Shown one piece after another: positions 29,588 to 39,376 of a stretch of 64,000 bases of DNA. This DNA comes from Candidatus Latescibacterota bacterium (GTDB lineage: Bacteria; Latescibacterota; UBA2968; UBA8231). The notes beneath the pieces are model-generated. The model saw only the letters and a program-made list of their open reading frames with translations, made no database searches and was not told the DNA's origin. The position numbers and the translations under genes were made by a program. Position 1 is the stretch's first letter. Each line of letters opens with the position of its first letter. The stretch is taken from assembly GCA_965203175.1 (NCBI GenBank), contig OZ241867.1, forward strand, positions 3,584,001 through 3,648,000, written 5' to 3'.

Positions 29588-31428
29588 GCGAGATGGATGC
29601 CTTGGGCATTGAGCTGATAGGAGACCACGCTGCTTTTGGCAAAGGCCGCGTGTTGGCGCAGCTTGTCGAGTCTGGCGCGCAACTCGTCTGCTTGCCCCTC
29701 GGCAGCGATGAGGAGGGCAAAGCCGCCGCCGCCGGCCCCGGTGAGGAGCCCGCCCTCGGTTAGGTCGGTAATCTGCTGATTCTCAAAAAGGTGTTGTAAG
29801 GCGTCGTTGGTGGCTTGGGGGTCGAGGATGCAGCGCAATTGCCAGTAGCGATTGGCCAGCCGCCCGAGATCGGCGTATGCGCCCGCGCGCAGTGCGGTCA
29901 CCATTTCGTCGTGAATGGCCAGCGACTCGTGGATGGCTCCATAGCGCTGGCCATCCCGCGACAGATAGGCGTCGAGGACGACGTTGAGGCCGCGGGTTGC
30001 CGAGCGCGATATCCCCGTGTCGAAGAGAACGACTCGCTCGGTGAACAAGTGCTCGTCCACCTCGGTGAGGAATGTGCGCTCGGGCGCGGGTAGGCCGTCG
30101 GTCGGCGGCGCGTAGAAATTCTTGATGGCCGAGGGGCCGCCGCTGGCACCGCGCGCATCCTGCCAACCGCTGTTGAGGCCGAGGCTCTGTTCGAGCATGA
30201 GGCTTTGGTCGTAGAGGGCGGGGTACTCGCACGCGGGCGCGGCGTAGGGGTGGCCGGAGAGGTGATAGAGCATTTTGAGAATGGCGGCGGACAAGACGCC
30301 GCTGGTTCCTAGGCCGGACCCTTGTAGAACCTTACTGCTGGTGGTGATTTCCAAGCCACCGCCACCGGTAAAGGCGGCGATGTCTTGGATGACGTCTGTG
30401 GAATTCGGCCGGACGATGCCCGCGTGTACTAGCCCTTGCTTGACCAACCGCAGGGCTTCGTCGCCGCTGCGGCGGTAGGCAAAGAACAGTTCGCTGACGG
30501 TCGCGGCCGAGCTATGTTTGTTCACCTCAAAGTCGGCCTTGAAGCCCCGGGAGCGGGAGCGGAGGATGAGTTGGGGTTCGGGCAGCCTTCGTGCAGTGAC
30601 CTGTAGCGGCGGTTGGGTGCCCTCTTCCTGTCCCTGTTGTAGATTGACGGCAATGTTGAGGGTCTTGCCGCCCTGTTCCTTACTGCGCAGGTGATTGTCC
30701 GAGGCATTGGCGCTGGAGATTCCTAGGCGCAGGGGCGATTGGATGCAAAAGGCTTGCTCGTAAGCCGCTTCGGTCATGCGCGGCGCGGCGGCGCGGCCAC
30801 TGTCGAGGGCGGCCAAGCTGCGCTGGAGGTCGATGCTCTGTAATTGGTTGATCCGCGCCTCGTAGGCTGCGGCCAGTTTGTCGATGTGCTTGGCTTCTTT
30901 GAGTTGGACAATGTCTTGGCCGTCGATGCAGCAGGGCGGCAGCGCTCGCCGCCAGGCCCGCGACTCGGCGGCGAGTGTCCGGTAGATGTCAGCCATGATG
31001 CGGGCGACGCGCATGCCGCGCAGGCTGCGGACCGAAACATCGCATTCTTCTAGGTAAGCATTGAGGCGTTTGAGCACCTGCAAGAGCGCCTTGGGGGATT
31101 CGGGAGGCAAGAGACGCAGCAATTGGCGGTGGTCGAGATCTACCAAGCCATCGACTAAATCGACGGTTAGCTGCGGCAGCTCTCTGGCGACCTCATCGCC
31201 GAAGAGATCCTCCCACTCGCGGGGCGTAGTTGACGCGAGGAGCGCGTCGATGGCCGCAGGGGTCTCTAGGCGGGACAAAAGCGCCCGATTGAAGAGTAGA
31301 TCGCGAAGGAAGCGGCGCTTTTCCTCGGGTTTGCCGCCGGACTGCGCCGCGTCGAGGATGTGGTCAACGAGCGATTGGACTTCGCGCAAATCAGCGGCTT
31401 GTTCAAGGCGTTCGAGGAATGCTTTCAT
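29584..31428 (-). CDS. GHMP-family kinase (fucokinase/HddA-like) with an unknown N-terminal helical domain
   Basis: GSGLGTSG, SGWQD, TGAGGGGF motifs. Confidence 0.8.
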   Translation of the reverse strand: MKAFLERLEQAADLREVQSLVDHILDAAQSGGKPEEKRRFLRDLLFNRALLSRLETPAAIDALLASTTPREWEDLFGDEVARELPQLTVDLVDGLVDLDHRQLLRLLPPESPKALLQVLKRLNAYLEECDVSVRSLRGMRVARIMADIYRTLAAESRAWRRALPPCCIDGQDIVQLKEAKHIDKLAAAYEARINQLQSIDLQRSLAALDSGRAAAPRMTEAAYEQAFCIQSPLRLGISSANASDNHLRSKEQGGKTLNIAVNLQQGQEEGTQPPLQVTARRLPEPQLILRSRSRGFKADFEVNKHSSAATVSELFFAYRRSGDEALRLVKQGLVHAGIVRPNSTDVIQDIAAFTGGGGLEITTSSKVLQGSGLGTSGVLSAAILKMLYHLSGHPYAAPACEYPALYDQSLMLEQSLGLNSGWQDARGASGGPSAIKNFYAPPTDGLPAPERTFLTEVDEHLFTERVVLFDTGISRSATRGLNVVLDAYLSRDGQRYGAIHESLAIHDEMVTALRAGAYADLGRLANRYWQLRCILDPQATNDALQHLFENQQITDLTEGGLLTGAGGGGFALLIAAEGQADELRARLDKLRQHAAFAKSSVVSYQLNAQGIHLA

Positions 31429-31497
31429 GCGCGTCAGAAGGGGGCGAGAGTGCGCTGCGATTGGCAAAAATTATACGCAAAAAACGCGCACCACGCA

Positions 31498-32118
31498 TCA
31501 GGGAGGGGCGGCATCGCCCATGAGTTCGCCAGCCTCGATTGCGAACTCGAGGTAGTTTTGTCGCGGAGGCAGCGGGCAAATATAAATGGGATTGTACGCG
31601 CAGTATGGGTTATAAGCGTTATTGAAGTCAATGACATACATGCCATCGTCCTCCCGCGTCAGGCGCGCGTAGCGCCCGCCTCCATACGTGGTATGGCCGT
31701 TGGTCAGATCCTTGAAGAAAATTTCCGTTTCACCGGTTTGCGGGCTGCGGTACACCTCCAGCCAAAAGTCTTTTTCGCCAAAGGCCGAAACAAAGCGTCC
31801 AAATCGCTCAAGTTCGGTAGTGGTGCCGTCGGTATTGGGGATTTCGACGATGCGTTGGCGACCGTAGATGTGCAGTTCGCCCCTCAGGCGATAGCGCAGG
31901 TCAATGGGATAGTACGCAAGTTGCTCGAAGCGGGCGCGCTGTTCTGGCAGCAGTGGCGAATCTTCGCTTTTGAGCAGGCTATCTTTGGCGGCGCGGAGCG
32001 CTTTGATCTGGGCGCGGATGGAGTCGTCGGCTGAGACAGACCCCAAGGACAGGGATAGACAGCAGGTGATGGCGTAGAGCGGGTTTTGGCGCGCCGCAAT
32101 GAATAGGTTCGCAAGCAT
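31498..32118 (-). CDS. DUF1684-family protein
   Basis: FKDLTNGHTTYGGGRY, DFNNAYNPYCAYN...CPLPP..N...AGE. Confidence 0.92.
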   Translation of the reverse strand: MLANLFIAARQNPLYAITCCLSLSLGSVSADDSIRAQIKALRAAKDSLLKSEDSPLLPEQRARFEQLAYYPIDLRYRLRGELHIYGRQRIVEIPNTDGTTTELERFGRFVSAFGEKDFWLEVYRSPQTGETEIFFKDLTNGHTTYGGGRYARLTREDDGMYVIDFNNAYNPYCAYNPIYICPLPPRQNYLEFAIEAGELMGDAAPP

Positions 32119-32248
32119 GACAAATGTTCCTCTCGGTCTATTTTAGAGTCAATTTGCTCTCACATCAAATGGCCATATTGACCGGTCATGCCGTCTTGTC
32201 CCCTCTTTCTGACCGTCATAGATTCTGCGACAAACAGGAGGAAAATCT

Positions 32249-33025
32249 ATGCATTTGCAGGATCGCATCGCCGTTGTTACCGGGGGGAGTTCGGGCATTG
32301 GGCGGGGTATTTGTCTCGAATTGGCCCGCGAAGGGGCCAAGGTCGCAGTGGCCGATATGCAGGAAGCGCCCAAGATCGGCAAGTTTCACGAGACCGAGCC
32401 GCAGCCGCCCACGGCTGAAGTCATTGTCAGAGAGGGCGGCGAGGCGCTCTTCGTCGAGACTGATGTGGCCGACGAAAAGGCCGTGGAAAACCTGATCGCC
32501 CGCAGCGTCGAGCGCTTTGACGGGGTGGATATTCTGGTCAACAACGCCGGGATCATCATACCGGGGGACAGCCAAGAACTATCCGTTGAGGATTGGGACC
32601 GGGTCGTGGGTGTCAACCTGCGCTCGATTTTTCTCACGACCAAATTTGCCGCGCCCTATCTGAGAAAATCTGCGGCTGGACGCATTGTCAACATTGCCTC
32701 GGTTCACTCCTTTGGCGGCGGCGGTGGTCCGGCCTATGCGCCGACTAAGGCTGGGGCGGTAAATCTGACGCGGGATCTGGCGTTGGAACTAGCTGGGGAC
32801 AATGTCACGGTTAACGCAGTGTGTCCGGGCTATATCGAGACGCCGATCCAAGACTATTTGACCCCGGAGATCATCGAGCAATGTCGGCGAGATACGCCCC
32901 TGCCGAGATTGGGCTTGCCGAGGGACATTGGGCGGGCGGTGGCGTTTTTTGCCTCGGATGACGCGGAGTGGATTACGGGGACGGCGCTGCCTGTCGATGG
33001 GGGTTGGTTAGCGCCGGTCTTTTAG
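32249..33025 (+). CDS. Short-chain dehydrogenase/reductase
   Basis: TGGSSGIG, LVNNAG, YAPTK, VNAVCPG, ITGTALPVDGG. Confidence 0.93.
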   Translation: MHLQDRIAVVTGGSSGIGRGICLELAREGAKVAVADMQEAPKIGKFHETEPQPPTAEVIVREGGEALFVETDVADEKAVENLIARSVERFDGVDILVNNAGIIIPGDSQELSVEDWDRVVGVNLRSIFLTTKFAAPYLRKSAAGRIVNIASVHSFGGGGGPAYAPTKAGAVNLTRDLALELAGDNVTVNAVCPGYIETPIQDYLTPEIIEQCRRDTPLPRLGLPRDIGRAVAFFASDDAEWITGTALPVDGGWLAPVF

Positions 33026-33027
33026 GC

Positions 33028-33870
33028 ATGGACGAGGGTTGGTCCATCGTCGAAGTGAACCGCGTCGGGGGAAGGTCGCGGTTGACATCCTGCTTGGCCG
33101 TCGCGCCGTTGAAGATCCTCAGTCCCAAGGTCGAGGCCGATTATAGCACTGCTATCCTTTCTAGTTATGGCGGCGGCTTGGTCGCTGGCGATTGCGCCCG
33201 GCTGCGCGTGCGCTGCGGCCGGGAAGCCAAGCTCTTTTTGGGCACGCAGGCCTTCACCAAAGTGTACAAGACCACCGACGGTAAGGTCGCGCGGCAGGAG
33301 CTAGCCGGGCACATCGAAGCAGGCGCTTGCGTAGTATCGCTGCCCGACCCGGTCGTGCCCTATGCCGACAGCGCTTTTGTGCAGGAGCAGGTTTGGCATC
33401 TGGACGCGGGGGCTTCGCTAGTCTTGCTCGACGGAGGTACCGCCGGCCGCGGCGAACGAGGCGAGCAGTTCCACTACAGGTCTTATACATCTAATATTTC
33501 CATCTACTTGGAAAGCGAACTGGTGTTGGCTGAGCGCTTGCGTTTGCAGCCCAAGCAGCAGGCACCCGACCGCGTTGGGGCTTTTGGCCAATACACTGCA
33601 TTTGCCAATGCCTTTATCGTCGGCGATCCAGTGCGCTCCGCTGTCGAGGAAGTGATGCGTCGTGACTTAGCGCGTCCGTTCACCGGTCAGCGGACGCGCG
33701 GGACTAGCAAGGCAATGTTGGTTTCGCACGCCGAACCTCGTCCCGGCGTGCTCGCGCTCCGCGCCTTGGGGCGGACCAATGGCGATCTAGAGGAAGTCTT
33801 GCACGCGCTCGCCACGGCTGTATCTCTGCCCCAAGTCCTAGGGGAAAATCCACTGCGCCGAAAGTATTGA
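33028..33870 (+). CDS. ureD: Urease accessory protein UreD/UreH
   Basis: PLKIL, SYGGGLVAGD, TQAFTKVYK, LPDPVVPY, GRGERGEQF. Confidence 0.9.
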   Translation: MDEGWSIVEVNRVGGRSRLTSCLAVAPLKILSPKVEADYSTAILSSYGGGLVAGDCARLRVRCGREAKLFLGTQAFTKVYKTTDGKVARQELAGHIEAGACVVSLPDPVVPYADSAFVQEQVWHLDAGASLVLLDGGTAGRGERGEQFHYRSYTSNISIYLESELVLAERLRLQPKQQAPDRVGAFGQYTAFANAFIVGDPVRSAVEEVMRRDLARPFTGQRTRGTSKAMLVSHAEPRPGVLALRALGRTNGDLEEVLHALATAVSLPQVLGENPLRRKY

Positions 33871-34109
33871 GCTCTTCGGCAGCAACCCCACGAAATATCA
33901 CACATTTGTCATTTTCGGGTGCTCGTCCTAGCCGCAGAGTGCTGCGAAGGGTGAACTCGTCCCACCACAAGGCGCTCAAAAACGACATATATGTCTGTTT
34001 ATAAACCAATAAAATAACATTTTTGTCGTCCATTGATTGGAAAAACTAAACGATCAAACCGCCAAAAATGCCATTTACGTACGAAAAATAAACAAAATTA
34101 CAAATTGCG

Positions 34110-34134
34110 TATCTCTTTGCAACATAAAGAGATA
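34110..34134. promoter_or_regulatory. Inverted repeat upstream of the sigma54 promoter (candidate regulator site)
   Basis: TATCTCTTT-N7-AAAGAGATA within an AT-rich tract. Confidence 0.5.
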
Positions 34135-34187
34135 GTACCAAAATTGTTCCCTTCTGCTCCGGCTGTGGACTGCTGTGGGTGCCGTTG

Positions 34188-34203
34188 TGGTATCCTTTTT
34201 GCA
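34188..34203 (+). promoter_or_regulatory. Sigma54 (-24/-12) promoter of the urt-ure operon
   Basis: TGGTATCCTTTTTGCA gives exact GG-N10-GC spacing about 90 nt upstream of urtA. Confidence 0.75.
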
Positions 34204-34290
34204 GTAGAAGAGCGGAATCGGTCGGAGCGGACTACCGGAACGGTGCGTTCAGGCCATTTAACACTACAATTCAATTCTTGGAGGGATTCA

Positions 34291-35565
34291 ATGAGAAGAC
34301 TAAGTAAGTTCTGGATTGCATTTGTCGCCTTAGGGCTAATCGTCGTTGGAACGCATTCGAGCGCGCAGGCGCAAGAGCCGGTCAAAATAGGTATCCTGCA
34401 TTCGCTCAGCGGCACGATGGCTATCTCGGAGGTATCGCTGCGCGATGCCGTGCTGATGGCGGTCGAGGAAATCAATTCCAACGGCGGCGTACTGGGCCGT
34501 AAAATTGAGCCGGTGGTCGTCGATCCGGCGTCCGACTGGGACCTGTTCGCCGAAAAGTCCAAAGAGTTGTTGCTAGAGCACGAGGTAGCGTCCGTCTTTG
34601 GATGCTGGACCTCAGTGTCGCGCAAATCGGTGTTGCCGGTTTTTGAAGAAAACAGCGGGCTGCTGTTCTATCCGGTCCAGTACGAGGGCGAAGAGTGTTC
34701 GCGCAATATCATTTATACAGGGGCTACTCCCAACCAGCAGTTGATTCCGGCCGCCCAGTATCTGATGAGCGAAGAAGGCGGCGGGTACGAGAAATTCTAT
34801 CTGCTCGGCACGGACTACGTGTTTCCGCGTACGGCCAACAAAATCCTGCGCGCCTATCTCCTCGACCAAGGGGTGCCCGAGGAGAATATCATGGAGGAGT
34901 ACACGCCCTTCCACCACCAGGATTACCAGACCATCGTGCAGAAGATCAAGAATTTCGCCGCCGATGGTACGGCCGCGGTCTTGAGCACGATCAACGGCGA
35001 TTCCAACGTGCCATTCTACAAGGAATTCGCCAATCAGGGGCTGACTTCGGCGATGTGCCCGATTATGGCCTTTTCAGTGGCCGAAGACGAACTGCGGGCG
35101 ATGGATACGGAGTTTCTGGTCGGCCATCTAGCGGCTTGGAACTACTTCCAGTCCGTCGCCACCAAGGAAAACCGGGATTTCGTCAAGAGCTTCAAGAAAT
35201 ACTGCGAGGCCAACGGCTTGCCCGGCGGCCTAAAGCGCGTCACCGACGATCCGATTCTCTGGGCCTATACCGGAGTCTATCTGTGGAAGGGTGCGGTCGA
35301 AAAGGCCGGTTCCTTCGACGTGGAAAAGGTGCGACCGGCGCTCTATGGACTGGCGTTTGACTCGCCGGGTGGCCAAGTGATGATGGACGAGCGCAATCAC
35401 CATCTGCACAAGCCCGTCTATATTGGCGAGATCAAAAAGAACGGCCAGTTCAAGATCGTCTATGAGTCGGATGGCCTAGTGGCTCCCGATCCGTGGGACG
35501 ATATCACCAGCGCCGACAAGGACTGCGACCACGTCAATTACATGGGCACTTATACCCTAAAGTAA
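34291..35565 (+). CDS. urtA: Urea ABC transporter substrate-binding protein
   Basis: GILHSLSGTMAISE, FGCWTSVSRKSV, FYPVQYEG, GATPNQQ, GTDYVFPRTAN. Confidence 0.95.
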   Translation: MRRLSKFWIAFVALGLIVVGTHSSAQAQEPVKIGILHSLSGTMAISEVSLRDAVLMAVEEINSNGGVLGRKIEPVVVDPASDWDLFAEKSKELLLEHEVASVFGCWTSVSRKSVLPVFEENSGLLFYPVQYEGEECSRNIIYTGATPNQQLIPAAQYLMSEEGGGYEKFYLLGTDYVFPRTANKILRAYLLDQGVPEENIMEEYTPFHHQDYQTIVQKIKNFAADGTAAVLSTINGDSNVPFYKEFANQGLTSAMCPIMAFSVAEDELRAMDTEFLVGHLAAWNYFQSVATKENRDFVKSFKKYCEANGLPGGLKRVTDDPILWAYTGVYLWKGAVEKAGSFDVEKVRPALYGLAFDSPGGQVMMDERNHHLHKPVYIGEIKKNGQFKIVYESDGLVAPDPWDDITSADKDCDHVNYMGTYTLK

Positions 35566-35606
35566 TACTCTACCTAGCGCAGACTAGCGCAGAAGGACGC
35601 AAACCG

Positions 35607-36506
35607 ATGAATAAGAAAGTTGCAGCATTTGCACTGGTGATTTTGGCCGCCCAGACGATATCCGCCGAGGTCAAATTCTCCGGTTTTGTCGATATGAGCT
35701 TGTTCAGCGACGATGGAAACGCGAGCATGTCGCTGGACCAGTTCGAGTTGGATGCCTCGACGGATCTCGGGGAAGGGATTTCCGCACGGACGGATGTCAA
35801 TGCCTTGGGGCCTACCGCTCCGGTCGAGCTAGAGCAGGCCTTTATCACGTACGACACCGGCGCGGGCTTGGCGCTCACTGTGGGCAAGTTTCTCAGCTGC
35901 ACCGGCTTCGAAGCGGCTGAACCCACCGGTATGTATCAGTATTCGTACTCGGCTACGCTGGTCTATGGCGGCTACCAGAATGGGATCGCGGCCTCCTACG
36001 GCACGGATATGTTCGGCCTGTACGGGGCTGTTGTCTCCAGCGTGTGGGACGGCGCGGAGACCGATGTCTCGGGGGATGAGACCGACGTGGGGTTTGAGGC
36101 TCAGGTTGCTCTGATGCCCGTGGAAGGGATGACGGCCAAAGCCGCGTTGGCCAGGGAAGACGAGCAGACCTTGGTCAACGTTTGGGGCATGTTGGAGACG
36201 GGGCCGCTGACGGTTGCTGCCGAGGTGAATTCAATGAGCGATTGGGGGGCGTATGAGTCGGGGCTGGGGTATCTCGGGATGGTCAACTACGGCCTGAGCG
36301 ATCAGGTCGGCGTAACGGCCCGGTACTCGGCTATCGCGTGGACTCCGGTTGGTGGCGGCGCGGACGACGAAACGAGCGAGATCACCATCGCTCCAAGTTT
36401 CGCCGTTTCGGACAACTGGGGTTTGGTGGCCGAGGTGAAGATGCTTACGGTAGGCGACGCCGATGCGGTGACGCAAATTGCGCTGGAGTCGCTGCTGACA
36501 TTTTAG
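35607..36506 (+). CDS. Outer-membrane beta-barrel porin
   Basis: Signal peptide, FSGFVD, LEQAFITY, GKFLS..GFE, amphipathic strands, C-terminal Phe. Confidence 0.8.
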   Translation: MNKKVAAFALVILAAQTISAEVKFSGFVDMSLFSDDGNASMSLDQFELDASTDLGEGISARTDVNALGPTAPVELEQAFITYDTGAGLALTVGKFLSCTGFEAAEPTGMYQYSYSATLVYGGYQNGIAASYGTDMFGLYGAVVSSVWDGAETDVSGDETDVGFEAQVALMPVEGMTAKAALAREDEQTLVNVWGMLETGPLTVAAEVNSMSDWGAYESGLGYLGMVNYGLSDQVGVTARYSAIAWTPVGGGADDETSEITIAPSFAVSDNWGLVAEVKMLTVGDADAVTQIALESLLTF

Positions 36507-36516
36507 GTGGGTGGGT

Positions 36517-36599
36517 GGAGCGGAGACGGCCGCTTAGCAGTTTAGCAATTGGTACGGTAAAAGGTAAAAGGTACATGGTAATCAGGCCGTCTCCGCTCC
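36517..36599 (+). promoter_or_regulatory. 15-bp perfect inverted repeat between the porin gene and urtB
   Basis: GGAGCGGAGACGGCC ... GGCCGTCTCCGCTCC with a 53-nt AT-rich loop and no U-tract. Confidence 0.7.
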
Positions 36600-36628
36600 G
36601 ACTCACGGGGCGGAGTTCAATTTTGCCA

Positions 36629-38308
36629 ATGGGACAACAGGTTCTAAAAGTACTGGCGGTGTGGGTCTTAGCGGCTGGAGCGGCTGGAGCCGACACGTGG
36701 GACGAGGAGCAGTTTGCGCGGTTGGCCAGCGGCGATGACGAGGAGATTCAACAGGCCGTAACCGACTTGGCCACGCGCTACGACCAAGCCCATTACGCAT
36801 TGATGCAGGGGCTGTTCAGTGGGGAAGTCTATCGCTGGAGCGAGCGGGAAGTGCAGAGCGGCTTGGTGCTCATTGGCGACGAGGAAATGGATGAGTACGG
36901 CGATTCGATTGTGCCGCTCTTTACAACCCATCCCGAGCGCGTGCCCATTCTCGACGAGGACGGGACGCCGGTCAAAGTTTCGCTTTACGACATAGAAGAG
37001 GTCGAGACCAATCGGAAGATTAGGGCGCTGATCCAGCCCTATTTGCTGCAGATGGAACTCTTTCACCCAGACGCCGACAAACGGCGGATTGCCGCTGAGA
37101 ATATCGGCAACAAGGGAAATGCAGCCGTCATCCCGGCGTTGCGCCGTTCCATAGAGGAAGAGATAGATGGGTCGATTCGGCGGTTGAAACGCGTGTCGTT
37201 GGCCAAGCTGCAATTGGCCGACGCGGAGGCCGAGGTGCGCTTGCAGGCGGTGGTTGCATTGGGGGAACTGCGCAGTCCGCTGGCCATACCTGTGCTAGAG
37301 GAACTCTTGAGTACAAGTGAGTCTGGGGCCTTCGCCGAACCGGATCCTCAGGTCCGGGAGCGGGCGGCTGCGGCCCTGACTAGCTTGCGGCGCTTTAGTT
37401 CCTTCATGCAGGCGGTGCAGACGATTTTTATCGGTCTAAGCTTGGGATCCATTCTGGTGTTGATGTCGCTGGGGTTGGCGATTATCTACGGCCAGATGGG
37501 GGTTATTAACATGGCGCACGGCGAGTTCATGATGATCGGCGCCTACACCACGTTCGTGGTGCAAAACCTGTGCTTGGGCGTGCTGCCGCCGGAGTACGGA
37601 GATCTGTTTTTCGCCATCTCCTTTCCGCTTGCCTTCCTCGTCGCTGGCGGCGTCGGATTCCTGCTGGAGGCGTCGATTATATGCCGGCTATACAGCCGAC
37701 CCCTCGAAAGCCTGCTAGCCACTTGGGGCATCAGTCTGGTGCTGATTCAGGCGGCGCGCAGCGTCTTTGGCGATCTGACGGCAGTGAAATTGCCACAACT
37801 GCTAAGCGGTGGCTGGGAAATGGCTCCCCAGGTGGTGTTGCCCTATAACCGCATGTTCATCATGGCGCTGGCCGCGGTGATCGTCGGGATGCTGTTGGCG
37901 CTTTTCTTTCGCACGCGCTTTGGGCTCAAGCTGCGGGCTACGACCCAAAATCGGGCGATGAGCGCCTGCGTCGGAGTGCCGGTGCGGCGCATTGACTCTA
38001 TGGCCTTTGCTTTGGGCACGGGGATTGCCGGGGTCGCCGGTTGGGCGATGACGCTGATTGGGAACGTCGTGCCCAACATGGGGCAGACCTATATCGTCGA
38101 TTCTTTTCTCGTGGTCGTCACCGGCGGAGTTGGCAAGCTGCTAGGCACGATCAGCGCCGGGCTGGGGATCGGCATTTTCAACAAGATGCTCGAACCGCTC
38201 TTTGAAGCCGTGTACGGCAAGGTCATCCTGTTGGGTTTGATCATCGTCTTCTTGCAATCGCGCCCGACTGGCCTTTTCCCTGCCAAAGGACGGAGCGCGG
38301 AACTGTGA
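36629..38308 (+). CDS. urtB: Urea ABC transporter permease with N-terminal HEAT-repeat periplasmic domain
   Basis: GLAIIYGQMGVINMAHGEF, RPLESLLATWG, YIVDSFLVVV. Confidence 0.93.
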   Translation: MGQQVLKVLAVWVLAAGAAGADTWDEEQFARLASGDDEEIQQAVTDLATRYDQAHYALMQGLFSGEVYRWSEREVQSGLVLIGDEEMDEYGDSIVPLFTTHPERVPILDEDGTPVKVSLYDIEEVETNRKIRALIQPYLLQMELFHPDADKRRIAAENIGNKGNAAVIPALRRSIEEEIDGSIRRLKRVSLAKLQLADAEAEVRLQAVVALGELRSPLAIPVLEELLSTSESGAFAEPDPQVRERAAAALTSLRRFSSFMQAVQTIFIGLSLGSILVLMSLGLAIIYGQMGVINMAHGEFMMIGAYTTFVVQNLCLGVLPPEYGDLFFAISFPLAFLVAGGVGFLLEASIICRLYSRPLESLLATWGISLVLIQAARSVFGDLTAVKLPQLLSGGWEMAPQVVLPYNRMFIMALAAVIVGMLLALFFRTRFGLKLRATTQNRAMSACVGVPVRRIDSMAFALGTGIAGVAGWAMTLIGNVVPNMGQTYIVDSFLVVVTGGVGKLLGTISAGLGIGIFNKMLEPLFEAVYGKVILLGLIIVFLQSRPTGLFPAKGRSAEL

Positions 38309-39363
38309 GCGCGTCTAGGCACCACATCGTCGCTGGTTTGCTGTTCGCCTTTTTTGGGGTGCTAGTCCCCCTGCTCAACTATCTGGGCCTAGTTGCCGAT
38401 ACGACCCTGAATCTGTGGGGGCGCTATTTTTGTTTTGCCATCGTCGCCCTTGGGATGGACCTGATTTGGGGATTTACCGGCATTCTGTCGCTGTGCCAGG
38501 CGTTTTTCTTTTGCTTGGGCGGCTACGCCATTGGCATGCACATGCTGCTCAAGACTGGGACCAAAGGCGTGTACGGCAGCACCTTGCCCGACTTCATGGT
38601 CTGGAACCGGGTCGAAGAACTGCCGCTTTTTTGGGAGCCGTTCCACAGCTTGCCGCTGACCTTGATCCTCGGGCTGTTGGTGCCGGGATTGGCGGCGCTG
38701 ATCTTTGGCTTCCTCGTCTTCCGCAGCCGCATCAAGGGCGTGTACTTGGCCATTATCACTCAGGCGCTGGCACTGGCGATGTGGCTATTGTTCCTGCGCA
38801 ACGAGACCATGTTGGGGGGGACCAACGGGCTGACGGATTTCAAGACGCTGCTGGGCTTTGAATTGGCCGAGCCGGCGACCAAGCGCGGGCTCTACGTGGT
38901 GGCGTGTGCGGCGCTGGTGGGGGCGTATTATTTGTGCCGCTATATCGTTGGCTCCAAATTGGGCAAATTGCTGGTGGCCATTCGCGACAGCGAACACCGC
39001 CTGCGCTTTATCGGCTACCACATCACCCGCTACAAGCTCTTCGTCTTTGTCGTCGCCAGCGCCTTGGCGGGCTTGGGGGGAATGCTCTACGTGCCGCAGA
39101 CCGGCATCATCACGCCGGGACGCATGGACGTGCAGGCTTCGATTGAGATCGTGGTGTGGACCGCGGTCGGCGGCCGGGGGACGTTGGTGGGCGCGATCGT
39201 CGGAGCCGTGCTGGTCAACTTGCTCTACAGCTTCCTCACTGGCGCGTTCCCCGGCACTTGGCTTTACTTCCTCGGCGCGCTCTTTGTCGGGGTGGTGCTG
39301 TTCTTTCCCGAGGGTGTCGCCGGTATAGTCGGACGCTTGCGTCGGCAGCTAGTGCCCGCGTAA
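38305..39363 (+). CDS. urtC: Urea ABC transporter permease
   Basis: DLIWGFTGILSL, LPDFM, FRSRIKGVYLAIITQA, GGTNGLTDF. Confidence 0.95.
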   Translation: MSASRHHIVAGLLFAFFGVLVPLLNYLGLVADTTLNLWGRYFCFAIVALGMDLIWGFTGILSLCQAFFFCLGGYAIGMHMLLKTGTKGVYGSTLPDFMVWNRVEELPLFWEPFHSLPLTLILGLLVPGLAALIFGFLVFRSRIKGVYLAIITQALALAMWLLFLRNETMLGGTNGLTDFKTLLGFELAEPATKRGLYVVACAALVGAYYLCRYIVGSKLGKLLVAIRDSEHRLRFIGYHITRYKLFVFVVASALAGLGGMLYVPQTGIITPGRMDVQASIEIVVWTAVGGRGTLVGAIVGAVLVNLLYSFLTGAFPGTWLYFLGALFVGVVLFFPEGVAGIVGRLRRQLVPA

Positions 39364-39376
39364 CGAGAGTTGGGCG

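Noticed and set aside
33871-34030. Possible guanidine (ykkC) riboswitch upstream of the urea transporter
   Set aside because: Conserved ykkC motifs were not found, and the region lies upstream of the sigma54 promoter.
36629-37400. HEAT-repeat extension on UrtB as a novelty
   Set aside because: Long periplasmic N-termini are already known for many UrtB proteins.
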